NCBI GenBank assembly: GCA_016284875.1
Contig: JAEEPS010000006.1
Span: 5,383-69,382 of the forward strand
Direction: 5' to 3'
Length of the DNA: 64,000 bases
From: Salinivirgaceae bacterium
Lineage (GTDB): Bacteria; Bacteroidota; Bacteroidia; Bacteroidales; SZUA-534
Shown: positions 36,800-45,145 of the stretch, piece by piece
How positions within the stretch are numbered: position 1 is the stretch's first letter
Layout of the letters: each line of letters begins with the position of its first letter
Program-made: the position numbers and the translations under genes
The notes under the pieces: generated by a model
Seen by the model: only the letters and a program-made list of their open reading frames with translations
What the model was told of the DNA's origin: nothing
The model's database searches: none

Positions 36800-37792
36800 T
36801 TATTCTTTCGTCTCTTTTGATTCTTTAATCAGGGATTTTATCCATTTCCTTCTGTCGAAAATCAGAATGGCAATTGTCGCAAAAAACATGACAACCATAA
36901 AACTATGTTTGACGTTTCGCGAAACAGTATTAATCGGATTAACTGGAATAGAAATGTCTTTGATGATTTTAAATGGTTCATCATACAATTTGTGTTCAAC
37001 AGATAACTTTGAATTAGTTAGACTGATTAAGTCGTTGTGGTACAACCGTTTGTCTTTTTCGCTGATCATCAAGAACGATCCGTCTCTTTCGACTCCCAAT
37101 TTTTTGTTCTCTTTACTGAAGTATTCCTTTTTCTGGAGGCTGTCCAAAATCTCGATTTCTTTGTCAAGTCGGCTAATTCTATTTTTTGATTCGCGCTGCC
37201 AAAGAATGTTCTGCTCTTGAATCCATTTGTCGTCATAAAGGTATGCCATGATAGCATTTCTAACTGAGTCCAAAATGGTAGAGTCTTTTGCTATGTATAT
37301 TTCAACATTTATATCGAATGTATGTGCCATTCTCATGCGTGTGTAGGCAGAAGTGGTATCTTTCATTGCTTGTGAGTTGTATTCCTCCACAGCGTCAGCA
37401 TTGCCATCGCCGTTGTAGTCAAGCAGATATGAAGCATCCACATGGCGAATTTGCTTGCTGATGCTATCCGACAAACCAATCTTGTAGTTCCAACCATTTA
37501 CTCTGTTTATGGCGTACGAAGCATTTGCGCACATGCATTCAAGTCGCATGTTGCAATCGTAGTAGGGCGGTTTTGTGTTTTTGTAGAAGGTCAAACCTAC
37601 AACCAAAATGCAGGCACACGCATATAGTAGCCAGTTCCTAATTAAAAATATTATAACCCATAATACTACGTTTTTGCAAAGTGTTCCTAATTGAACGATT
37701 GCTCTTCCTAACCAGTTAAAGAATCGTCCCATTAGGTCAATTAAGTCAATCTCGCGTTCTTGATTATTCTCTGTGTTAAAATCTTCTGCCAT
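36800..37792 (-). CDS. Hypothetical membrane protein with one N-terminal TM region, a coiled-coil-containing middle and a C-terminal TM (Wzz/PCP-like topology only)
   Basis: 330 aa and AT-rich. Hydrophobic stretches lie at aa ~40-70 and ~295-315. I recognise no family motif. Confidence 0.5.
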   Translation of the reverse strand: MAEDFNTENNQEREIDLIDLMGRFFNWLGRAIVQLGTLCKNVVLWVIIFLIRNWLLYACACILVVGLTFYKNTKPPYYDCNMRLECMCANASYAINRVNGWNYKIGLSDSISKQIRHVDASYLLDYNGDGNADAVEEYNSQAMKDTTSAYTRMRMAHTFDINVEIYIAKDSTILDSVRNAIMAYLYDDKWIQEQNILWQRESKNRISRLDKEIEILDSLQKKEYFSKENKKLGVERDGSFLMISEKDKRLYHNDLISLTNSKLSVEHKLYDEPFKIIKDISIPVNPINTVSRNVKHSFMVVMFFATIAILIFDRRKWIKSLIKESKETKE

Positions 37793-37793
37793 T

Positions 37794-38675
37794 TTATTTT
37801 GTTGTTAATGAGTTTATTATCCTTATGCAATCTTGTGCACGTTTGTCTTTCAGTCTATTTAGACAATCGGCCAGCAAATGTATTAAATAAATGATAGCAT
37901 TCAAGTTGGTACAGGGCTTAAAATACGAATCATCTTGATCAATATTGTTTGAATGTAGATAATCGGCTATCTCGCTGCTGCCGAATGCAGTTCCACGGCT
38001 ACGCATGTCGATGTAGAATAACACATCATTTTCAAAACCGCCTTCAAGTTCGTCGCAATAGCACAAAGTGAGTGAGTTTGGAAGTTTCACGCAGTGTATG
38101 GGCAAATCGAGTCGTTGGGCAATTATGGCGTACATCACAGCCACCACATTGGCTTGTGCCCGTCCTGTGTTGAGGAGTGTGCTTATGAAATGCGACTGGG
38201 TTGTGAAATCGTCGGTGATGGTGAAGCGGTTTACGTTGAAGACAAAGTGATTGATGATACGCACTTTTTCCAGAGCCGTCAGTTCGTTGTTGAGTTCAGT
38301 CCAGACGGGCTTGCAAAGGCTGTCGATTTTCGATTTCAGCGTGTCGAACGAAACGTTTGGAAACAGCAGTCGGTTGTAGATGGAGGTTCCAGTGAGCAGA
38401 TCGCTTGCACCAGTGTTTTTCCAAACTAACAGGTCACTGGTGATGCTGTCGATGCGGATGTCGTGGATTAGGTGCTCAAGTGTCCGCACGATGGCAGCGT
38501 TGTCCGATGTCTGCCAAACCCGTTCAAGGTCGGGAATTATGGATGCTCCTTCTTGGCGCAGGCGTTGGCCTACTGCGGCTGCCACCGACTCATCATCATC
38601 GTCGAGAAGCATCATGAGCGATTTGAATTCAGATGCTTCCATACTATTCAGTAAGTCGTTGAAGAACGGTTTCAA
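37794..38675 (-). CDS. Transglutaminase-like (Transglut_core2/SirB1-like) family protein, function unknown
   Basis: 293 aa. GRAQANVVAVMYAIIAQRLDLPIHCVKLPNSLTLCY resembles the SirB1/YchA-type inactive transglutaminase core. An alternative start at 38642 would remove the 32-nt overlap with the upstream gene. Confidence 0.5.
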   Translation of the reverse strand: MKPFFNDLLNSMEASEFKSLMMLLDDDDESVAAAVGQRLRQEGASIIPDLERVWQTSDNAAIVRTLEHLIHDIRIDSITSDLLVWKNTGASDLLTGTSIYNRLLFPNVSFDTLKSKIDSLCKPVWTELNNELTALEKVRIINHFVFNVNRFTITDDFTTQSHFISTLLNTGRAQANVVAVMYAIIAQRLDLPIHCVKLPNSLTLCYCDELEGGFENDVLFYIDMRSRGTAFGSSEIADYLHSNNIDQDDSYFKPCTNLNAIIYLIHLLADCLNRLKDKRAQDCIRIINSLTTK

Positions 38676-39519
38676 TCAAATCTTTCATCGAGCCTTTGTA
38701 ACTGCTTGTCGCGCTCTTGTTCAGACGGTTGGCGATTATGCTGCAGACCGTGATGGCGTTGTGCCCCATCATCGCCGCAAGGCCGTAGATAGCCGAGCAT
38801 TCCATCTCATAGTTGGTGATTTTCTTGCCGTTATACTCAAAAGCAGTGATTTTATCGTTGATTTCGGCATCCTGAATAGGTAATCTCAAAACACGACCCT
38901 GCGGGCCGTAAAATCCTGGAGCAGAAATGGTTATACCTTTGCGCATGTCGAATCCAACCTTATTCAGCAACTCAGGCGACGAGTTGACGAAGTATGGCGA
39001 TGCGAGCAGCGGATTCCAATTCATATATTTTTTGAAGGCCGCTTCCATCTCGAGATTGCTGACACAATTGCGGTCGCGGTAGAAGTTAATCATACCGTCA
39101 AAGCCGATGGCCATTTCAGAGATGACCGGCTGCCCCACTTCAATATCGGCCTGCAGCGCACCCGAAGTGCCAATGCGAATAAGGTTCAAACGGCGTTTCT
39201 GTTCTTTCTCGACGCGTTTTGCAAGGTCGATGTTGACTGCCGCATCAAGTTCATTGACCACAATATCGATATTATCAGTACCGATGCCAGTCGACACAAC
39301 CGTGACATACTTGCCGTTGAAAAGCCCTGTGCGGGTGCGGAACTCGCGGTTCTGAACATCGACATTGATTTTTGAAAAGAACGACGCAACCAGGTCGGCG
39401 CGGTCGGGGTCACCAACAAGTATCACATTGTCAGACACATCGTCGGGATGCAGATGAAGGTGAAAAACGCTGCCATCGGCATTCAAAATAAGTTCTGAAT
39501 CGGGAATAAACTGTGCCAT
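38644..39519 (-). CDS. Nucleoside phosphorylase (PNP_UDP_1 family, uridine-phosphorylase-like)
   Basis: VFHLHLHPDDVSDNVILVGDPDRA, STGIGTDNIDI and NYEMECSAIYG blocks. The ATG at 39519 is preferred over 39552. Confidence 0.8.
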   Translation of the reverse strand: MAQFIPDSELILNADGSVFHLHLHPDDVSDNVILVGDPDRADLVASFFSKINVDVQNREFRTRTGLFNGKYVTVVSTGIGTDNIDIVVNELDAAVNIDLAKRVEKEQKRRLNLIRIGTSGALQADIEVGQPVISEMAIGFDGMINFYRDRNCVSNLEMEAAFKKYMNWNPLLASPYFVNSSPELLNKVGFDMRKGITISAPGFYGPQGRVLRLPIQDAEINDKITAFEYNGKKITNYEMECSAIYGLAAMMGHNAITVCSIIANRLNKSATSSYKGSMKDLIETVLQRLTE

Positions 39520-39556
39520 ATCGTTAAATTTATGTTGTAAAATACGCAACAAACAT

Positions 39557-39564
39557 TAAATTTG
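39557..39564 (+). promoter_or_regulatory. Candidate -7 box (TAaaTTTG)
   Basis: Exact match 24 nt upstream of the ATG at 39588. Confidence 0.5.
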
Positions 39565-39587
39565 TGTTTATCAAAAATACAAAAAAA

Positions 39588-40463
39588 ATGGAAGCATCAA
39601 TAAGTCATTTGCTTGTACCTGTCGACTATTCTGACAAGTCGGTTTTCGGGTTGAAATACGCTGTCAAACTGAACAAAGTTTTGAACGGCAAGATTACATT
39701 TTTGAATGTTATTAAAGGTGTTGACCCAATATGGTCGGAGTTTTTCACTGACGCTGAACGCGAGATTCTGCTGAAACGACTTCGCGACCATATGCGTGAC
39801 TTCGTGCTGAAGAATGCTGACATTGACGAGTCGAAATTTGACTGCCTTATTGCCAAAGGCAAACTTTGCGACACCATCATGCAGACAGCCGAGCAGTTGA
39901 AGGCCAACGCTATAATTATGGGAACAAGCCATGCTGACAACATCAAGAAGATGATTATCGGTACAAACGCGTTAAGGGTTGTTTCAGAGGCCAAGTGTCC
40001 TGTTATCACCATCAAGAGCGAACCGTCGTCGACAGATATCAAACGGCTCATTCTTCCGCTCGACATCAGCAAAGAGACGCGCGAGAAAGTTGTTGACGCT
40101 GTTGATATTGCCAAGAAATTTGGTGCTGAGGTTTTGGTGGTTTCTGCCTATACATTTGAAGATGAGTTGGTATACAACAAATTACGCCAGCAGCAGGATC
40201 AGGTGGTCAAATACATTACCGACCGTGGCATAAAATGCTCTGGGCACTTGTTCCGCACTGATGATCAAATTGATGGAGTTCTCGATTTCATCGATAAGAA
40301 AAAAGGCGACATGGTGATAATCACTACTCACCAGCAACTTGAAATTGTCACATCGTTTGTGGGTTCGTTTGCCAAGAGCATCATCAGCAAGGCAAATATT
40401 CCGGTAATGAGTATCGTCCCACGTAACAAATACAACGTAATATTCAAGATACCTGCTTGTTAA
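39588..40463 (+). CDS. Universal stress protein, tandem USP domains
   Basis: About 291 aa with two repeats of the USP pattern (LVPVDYSDKS...IIMGTSH; LILPLDISKET...MVIITTHQ). Confidence 0.8.
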   Translation: MEASISHLLVPVDYSDKSVFGLKYAVKLNKVLNGKITFLNVIKGVDPIWSEFFTDAEREILLKRLRDHMRDFVLKNADIDESKFDCLIAKGKLCDTIMQTAEQLKANAIIMGTSHADNIKKMIIGTNALRVVSEAKCPVITIKSEPSSTDIKRLILPLDISKETREKVVDAVDIAKKFGAEVLVVSAYTFEDELVYNKLRQQQDQVVKYITDRGIKCSGHLFRTDDQIDGVLDFIDKKKGDMVIITTHQQLEIVTSFVGSFAKSIISKANIPVMSIVPRNKYNVIFKIPAC

Positions 40464-40478
40464 ACATGTTAAGAAGTG

Positions 40479-40511
40479 ATTGGGGAGAATGAAAAATTCT
40501 CCCCAATTTTT
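40479..40511 (+). terminator. Intrinsic terminator
   Basis: Perfect 12-bp stem ATTGGGGAGAAT/ATTCTCCCCAAT with loop GAAAA, followed by TTTTT. Confidence 0.9.
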
Positions 40512-40555
40512 CATACAACAAACACAGCAACGTTCAAAGCATTCGTTACACACTT

Positions 40556-41356
40556 ATGGAAGATAACAGCCGTACAATCAGTTTGAAACTGAAGGTGGCT
40601 ATAGCCATTCTTGCTTTGGTGATGCCAGTTACAGGCGCTTTGTCAGGGTGGTATTATGGAGTGTTTATTGCCGAGTCTAATTATCCGTATCTGGTTGCAT
40701 TATTGTGCCTTGTGTTGGGTGTCGCACTCGATGTTGTCTGCTATTATGACCGGCTTTTTACTTTTGTTTTCTACAAGATGCCAATTCCCGGAATTTTGTT
40801 TGTCATAGCATACGAGGCGGCTTCGTTTTTCTATGGGCGATGGGTTTCGCTCGGCTTTGCGTTTGCAGGATTGGCTATTGGAGTTTTTTTCGACTACGTT
40901 CTGCTTGCGCCCAAACCATTCTATATGGCCAGGAAAAGATTGCTGGTTGTTGTGTATATCTTTTTGTCGATTATAATGTTAGGAGTTATGTCGGGCGTTC
41001 CCGTGTCGAATTTTTTCCTTGGCATTTTGGCAGGAAACTATTTCTCGCTGCGATATGCCGGAGCGGTTTTGGGGCGCGACCGTCTGCACAAAAACCTTTA
41101 TACCATGACCATCTTCGCAACGGTGGTTCTGCTTGTCTCGGAGTTGTTGTTCGCATGGCTTGTCTGGCAGGATTCGGTCAATATCATCGATTATCTCAAT
41201 TCGTTGCTTGGCATTGCGTTCACCCGCCAATCGCTTTTGTGGCTGATGGTGATTCTAGGTGTGGTTTCGGTTGTGGTGCAATTCGTGCTGACATTCACCA
41301 CGGGCATGATACTCTACCGCTATCGCTCGCATAAAAAAATCTATAGCACAACCTGA
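40556..41356 (+). CDS. Hypothetical polytopic membrane protein (about 8 TM)
   Basis: 266 aa and almost entirely hydrophobic helices. No family recognised. Confidence 0.6.
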   Translation: MEDNSRTISLKLKVAIAILALVMPVTGALSGWYYGVFIAESNYPYLVALLCLVLGVALDVVCYYDRLFTFVFYKMPIPGILFVIAYEAASFFYGRWVSLGFAFAGLAIGVFFDYVLLAPKPFYMARKRLLVVVYIFLSIIMLGVMSGVPVSNFFLGILAGNYFSLRYAGAVLGRDRLHKNLYTMTIFATVVLLVSELLFAWLVWQDSVNIIDYLNSLLGIAFTRQSLLWLMVILGVVSVVVQFVLTFTTGMILYRYRSHKKIYSTT

Positions 41357-41456
41357 TAAGAGTGAGGTTTGTTGTTCAATCAAAGAAAACGAAAAACTTT
41401 TCCATTCTTTGGGCATATTTCGGTTACAAAAAACGGTGAATTCATATAACTCGCCA

Positions 41457-41464
41457 TATATTTG
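41457..41464 (+). promoter_or_regulatory. Candidate -7 box (TAtaTTTG)
   Basis: Exact match 20 nt upstream of the ATG at 41484. Confidence 0.5.
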
Positions 41465-41483
41465 TAACTCCAAAAAAGCGACA

Positions 41484-42206
41484 ATGCAAGGAACGAAAAA
41501 AAAAGCGGGCAAACGCAGAATTGTTTGGAATCGGCTTTTGCCGATTCTGTTGACACCAATTGTGATATTGGTGGCTATCAACAAATTGCCCGATGCTTTT
41601 CATCTTCGTAAATCGATCGACGATGTGCCAGTGTCGGAACTGACAGCAAAAGAGGTTAGGGCGCTCCGCCGCTATAACAACGAGTATCATCTGGAAGTGG
41701 CCAGAGCTAAAGGAATCGACCGACCATTCAAAAATCATAAGGAATTTCTCGACGACAAATACACATATATAATAAGGTATGGTTTGCGTGAGATGAGCGA
41801 CACAAAATATTATGAGGTTCCGGCACTCACGTATTCAATGCCATATTTGAAAAAAGAGGCATCTGATTTTCTTGAGGAATTAGGGCGACGGTTCTTTAAA
41901 ACGCTGAAAGAAATGGATGTTCAAGAGTATAGGTTCCAATTATCGTCGATTTTGCGCACCGAGGCCGACCAGCATGGACTGCGTAAAAACAACATTAACG
42001 CCACGCAAAACAAAACATCGCATTATTTCGGTCTTTCGTTCGACATAGCCCAGACTTGTTTTTATCCCCAAGGCGAGTCGGAACCGATATATTCCTACAG
42101 GTTACGGAACGTGCTGCTCCGCACGCTCATCGAAATGCAGGACGAGGGGCGGTGCTATGTCATCCTTGAAACACAAACAAAATGCATTCACGTAACAGTC
42201 CGATGA
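41484..42206 (+). CDS. DUF5715-like protein with LAS/peptidase-M15 (VanY-like) metal-binding signature
   Basis: An N-terminal TM anchor is followed by TSHYFGLSFDIA, which resembles the SxHxxGxAxD motif of M15 D,D-carboxypeptidases. The ATG at 41484 is preferred over 41409. Confidence 0.45.
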   Translation: MQGTKKKAGKRRIVWNRLLPILLTPIVILVAINKLPDAFHLRKSIDDVPVSELTAKEVRALRRYNNEYHLEVARAKGIDRPFKNHKEFLDDKYTYIIRYGLREMSDTKYYEVPALTYSMPYLKKEASDFLEELGRRFFKTLKEMDVQEYRFQLSSILRTEADQHGLRKNNINATQNKTSHYFGLSFDIAQTCFYPQGESEPIYSYRLRNVLLRTLIEMQDEGRCYVILETQTKCIHVTVR

Positions 42207-43438
42207 AAACTGATATGAAAAATAAGAAGGAAATTATTTTGATGAATGTCAACGGCCCCGACAAACCAGGTCAGACGGCGTCGCTGACAAACATATTGAT
42301 GCAATACGATGTCAACATTCTCGACATTGGCCAGTCGGTCATACACGATGATCTGAATCTTGGAATTATGTTTGAAGTTCCAGAAGAGGCCGGTTCGTCG
42401 CCTGTTCTGAAGGATATTCTTTTCAAAGCCTATGAGTTGGGCGTCGATGCCAAATTCACTGTCATTCCTGCCGATCAGTATTCCGAGTGGGTGGCGCATC
42501 AGGGCAAGGCACGTTACATTGTGACGCTAATATCGCACAAACTGAAAGCCGCGCACGTGGCAAAAGCAACTGCAGTTATTGCCGAGCAGGGACTCAATAT
42601 CGATAATATCAGTCGTTTGTCCGGGCGTGTGCCTATTGAGGGCACAACTCCGCAGGCGCAGGCTGTGGTTGAGTTTTCGGTTCGCGGAACTCCGCGTGAT
42701 TTGCAGAAGATGAAATCCGATTTTATGCGCATATCGGGCGAGTGCGACCTTGATATTGCCGTTCAGGAGGACAACGTCTTCCGCCGCAATCGTCGTCTGA
42801 TTTGCTTCGACATGGACTCAACCCTCATTCAAACCGAAGTGATTGACGAACTTGCGCGATGTGCAGGTGTGGGCGAGCAGGTGAGCGCCATCACTGCATC
42901 GGCAATGCGCGGCGAGATTGATTTCCGCCAGAGTTTCTTGAAACGCATATCGCTGCTGAAGGGGCTTGACGAGAGTGTAATGAAGGAGATTGCTGAAAAT
43001 CTGCCCATTACCGATGGCGCTGAACGTCTGTTCAAAACGCTCAAACGTTATGGCTACCGTACGGCCATCTTGTCGGGTGGGTTCTCTTATTTTGGTAATT
43101 ATCTGAAAAGCAAACTCGATATTGATTATGTTTTTGCCAATGAACTTGAGATTGTGAACGGCAAACTAACTGGCAACAACGTTGGCGATATAGTTGATGG
43201 TGCCCGCAAGGCCGAACTGCTCAAACTGTTGGCTTTTAAGGAGGATATTCATTTGGAACAGGTTATTGCAGTGGGAGATGGAGCCAACGACCTGCCGATG
43301 CTTCAGTTGGCCGGATTGGGAATCGCTTTTCACGCCAAGCCAAAAGTCAAGGCTTCGGCGCAACATTCCATCTCTGCAGGAGGGCTCGATTCAATTCTTT
43401 ACTTCCTTGGATTCCGCGATCGCGATATAAATCAGTAG
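42203..43438 (+). CDS. serB: Phosphoserine phosphatase SerB with N-terminal ACT-like domains
   Basis: HAD motifs DMDSTLI and GDGANDLPML. Its start overlaps the upstream stop (ATGA at 42203-42206). Confidence 0.9.
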   Translation: MKTDMKNKKEIILMNVNGPDKPGQTASLTNILMQYDVNILDIGQSVIHDDLNLGIMFEVPEEAGSSPVLKDILFKAYELGVDAKFTVIPADQYSEWVAHQGKARYIVTLISHKLKAAHVAKATAVIAEQGLNIDNISRLSGRVPIEGTTPQAQAVVEFSVRGTPRDLQKMKSDFMRISGECDLDIAVQEDNVFRRNRRLICFDMDSTLIQTEVIDELARCAGVGEQVSAITASAMRGEIDFRQSFLKRISLLKGLDESVMKEIAENLPITDGAERLFKTLKRYGYRTAILSGGFSYFGNYLKSKLDIDYVFANELEIVNGKLTGNNVGDIVDGARKAELLKLLAFKEDIHLEQVIAVGDGANDLPMLQLAGLGIAFHAKPKVKASAQHSISAGGLDSILYFLGFRDRDINQ

Positions 43439-43462
43439 TTTGTTTGTAACGCAAACCAATGC

Positions 43463-43500
43463 AAAAAGCGATGTTGTTTTCATGCAATATCGCTTTTTTT
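43463..43500 (+). terminator. Intrinsic terminator after serB
   Basis: Stem AAAAAGCGAT/ATCGCTTTTT with a 16-nt loop and a T-run. Confidence 0.7.
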
Positions 43501-43529
43501 GCACAAAAACTCGCCAAAAAACGCTTTTT

Positions 43530-43544
43530 ATGCAACTTTTGCAT
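43530..43544. promoter_or_regulatory. Palindromic operator-like site ATGCAA-N3-TTGCAT
   Basis: Perfect 6-bp inverted arms: atgcaa ctt ttgcat. Confidence 0.5.
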
Positions 43545-43628
43545 GGTAACGCAAACGTTTTAAAATAATCCCTGAATCGCTGATTGTTGCTTGTTTTGAC
43601 TCTATTTTGAGGTTTGAAACGATAATTT

Positions 43629-43645
43629 ATGCGCAACGTTTGCAT
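43629..43645. promoter_or_regulatory. Operator-like site ATGCGCAACGTTTGCAT
   Basis: It shares the 13-mer GCAACGTTTGCAT, in inverted orientation, with the site at 43705-43719. Confidence 0.45.
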
Positions 43646-43704
43646 TGATATAAATTATTATTATTCAAAGTTTTAATAAAGGTAATTTTTACCTTAAAAT
43701 TTTT

Positions 43705-43719
43705 ATGCAAACGTTGCAT
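43705..43719. promoter_or_regulatory. Palindromic operator-like site ATGCAA-N3-TTGCAT
   Basis: Perfect 6-bp inverted arms: atgcaa acg ttgcat. It lies 37 nt upstream of the -7 box at 43756. Confidence 0.5.
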
Positions 43720-43755
43720 TAAATTTTTCTCTTGACGATGAATAAAGGTGCAATT

Positions 43756-43763
43756 TACCTTTG
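43756..43763 (+). promoter_or_regulatory. Candidate -7 box (TAccTTTG)
   Basis: Exact match 43 nt upstream of the ATG at 43806. Confidence 0.45.
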
Positions 43764-43805
43764 TCGCGAGAAAAAGAAAGAACAAACAATTTTAAAAGTA
43801 AAAAG

Positions 43806-44468
43806 ATGAAACTTTTAAACGCAAATGAAAGCCGTCTGATGAGATCAGACTATTTCACAATCATGGTTAGCTTGCTTACAGCAGCACTTATTATGTTACC
43901 ATTATTTATGTCGGCAAAAAGTCGCGGAAACGAGATTCCTGCAATAGCAAAAATGGAAGACAGTTTGTCGTTCCGCTATGTGACTTGCACACGTGCGGCA
44001 ATTGTTTTCACAACGCGCGAACCCGGAAAATGCAACCTTTGCATCGAGACAAAAGATGGCAGTGAAGTGCTTTACAGCGAGAACATCCGCACCATCGGAA
44101 AATCGGCCCGCGTGTTTGATTTCTTGAATCTTGAAGATGGTTCTTACAAGGTTGTGGCCAAAAAGAACGGCCAAACACTTGAGCGCGCATTCACAATCAA
44201 AGGCGGTGAGTTGATTTACAATGGCCGCGTTGTGGTTGACCCAATCTTCAAAACAAGTGGCACACGCGCAATCATCGAATTGCCTAACGAGCAAGGCAAA
44301 CAAGTTTTGGTGAAAGTACTCGACTCAAGAGGCGAGGAACTTTATTCGGCAATCGAGAACAGAGAGGTGCGCAAGAACTTTGAGTTCAGTAATGTTGAGG
44401 CTGGCAAATACACAGTGTTTGTGGCTGTTGACGACGACAACTACGAATTCAACTACAGCAAGCAATAA
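43806..44468 (+). CDS. Hypothetical secreted/membrane-anchored protein with two tandem beta-sandwich-like repeats
   Basis: The ATG at 43806 gives MKLLNANESRLMRSDYFTIMVSLLTAALIMLPLF, a hydrophobic anchor. The two ~75-aa repeats end ...EDGSYKVVAKKNGQTLERAF and ...EAGKYTVFVAVDDDNYEFNY. Confidence 0.55.
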   Translation: MKLLNANESRLMRSDYFTIMVSLLTAALIMLPLFMSAKSRGNEIPAIAKMEDSLSFRYVTCTRAAIVFTTREPGKCNLCIETKDGSEVLYSENIRTIGKSARVFDFLNLEDGSYKVVAKKNGQTLERAFTIKGGELIYNGRVVVDPIFKTSGTRAIIELPNEQGKQVLVKVLDSRGEELYSAIENREVRKNFEFSNVEAGKYTVFVAVDDDNYEFNYSKQ

Positions 44469-44611
44469 ACCCAAAAACAACAAGACCAAAGAGGCGAACC
44501 ATTGGGGTTCGCTCTCTGACAGAGGATGGATGGCTAAAAAGCAATCCTTTTTTTTGTTTATAGAGGGGCGATAGTTTGTGAGGAATAGAGTTTTTTAATT
44601 GCCAATTCGTT

Positions 44612-44619
44612 TATATTTG
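44612..44619 (+). promoter_or_regulatory. Candidate -7 box (TAtaTTTG)
   Basis: Exact match 26 nt upstream of the ATG at 44645. Confidence 0.5.
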
Positions 44620-44644
44620 CACCGAATTTTAAAAACAAGAAAAC

Positions 44645-45073
44645 ATGAAGGAAATCTTATCAGTTTCAGGTTATTCTGGACTATTCAAACTGGTTTCAAG
44701 CACAAAAAACGGAATTATTGTTGAAGATATTGAGACAGCAAAGCGCATGCCTGTCTACGCACAATCGAAGGCCAGTTCGTTGAGCGACATTGCAATTTTC
44801 AAGGACGATGGCGAAGAGGTTGCTTTGGTTGAGGTTCTGCGCAACATCCGCACAAAAATGGACGGCAAAGCAGCCATCGATCCCAAAAAATCAGACGGCG
44901 AGGCACTTAAGTCGTTCTTTGCCGAAGTTTTACCCAACTTTGACCGCGATCGTGTTTATGTATCGCACATTAAAAAAGTGCTGACATGGTACAACCAGTT
45001 GCAACGTTGCAACATGCTCAATGAACTTGACGAGGAAGAGAAAACACAGGAAAAAGCCGAAGGCGAAAAATAA
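44645..45073 (+). CDS. DUF5606-like protein
   Basis: 142 aa. The N-terminus MKEILSVSGYSGLFKLVSSTKNGIIVEDIETAKRMP is recalled from a conserved Bacteroidota family. Confidence 0.55.
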   Translation: MKEILSVSGYSGLFKLVSSTKNGIIVEDIETAKRMPVYAQSKASSLSDIAIFKDDGEEVALVEVLRNIRTKMDGKAAIDPKKSDGEALKSFFAEVLPNFDRDRVYVSHIKKVLTWYNQLQRCNMLNELDEEEKTQEKAEGEK

Positions 45074-45095
45074 AAGAACACCTAATTAATAAATA

Positions 45096-45122
45096 AAAGA
45101 AGCCCCACTATGGGGCTTTTTT
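45096..45122. terminator. Bidirectional intrinsic terminator
   Basis: Stem AGCCCCA/TGGGGCT with loop CTA, extended by A/T pairs. It lies between convergent genes. Confidence 0.8.
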
Positions 45123-45145
45123 ATTGTGGGTGTGCCAATTTCAAG

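Noticed and set aside
38644-39519. PNP-family protein as a Detocs/CBASS-type nucleosidase effector, given the nearby large sensor gene
   Set aside because: It is a stand-alone Udp-like enzyme without a receiver or sensor fusion. The sensor gene at 34182-36509 is a separate transcription unit behind a terminator and lacks any kinase domain. No buffer or response-regulator genes are present.
40840-41334. 164-aa same-strand alternative-frame ORF inside the polytopic membrane protein gene
   Set aside because: The translation is Cys/Arg/Gly-rich and non-protein-like. The annotated frame gives regular TM helices over its whole length.
43546-43561. GTAACGCAAACGTTTT as an E. coli-type PurR box (ACGCAAACGTTTTC-like)
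   Set aside because: The resemblance covers one half-site only. The downstream gene is not a purine gene, and the purC upstream region in the same window (49278-49409) lacks the motif. I know of no PurR-type regulation in this phylum. It is kept only as part of the generic operator-cluster finding.
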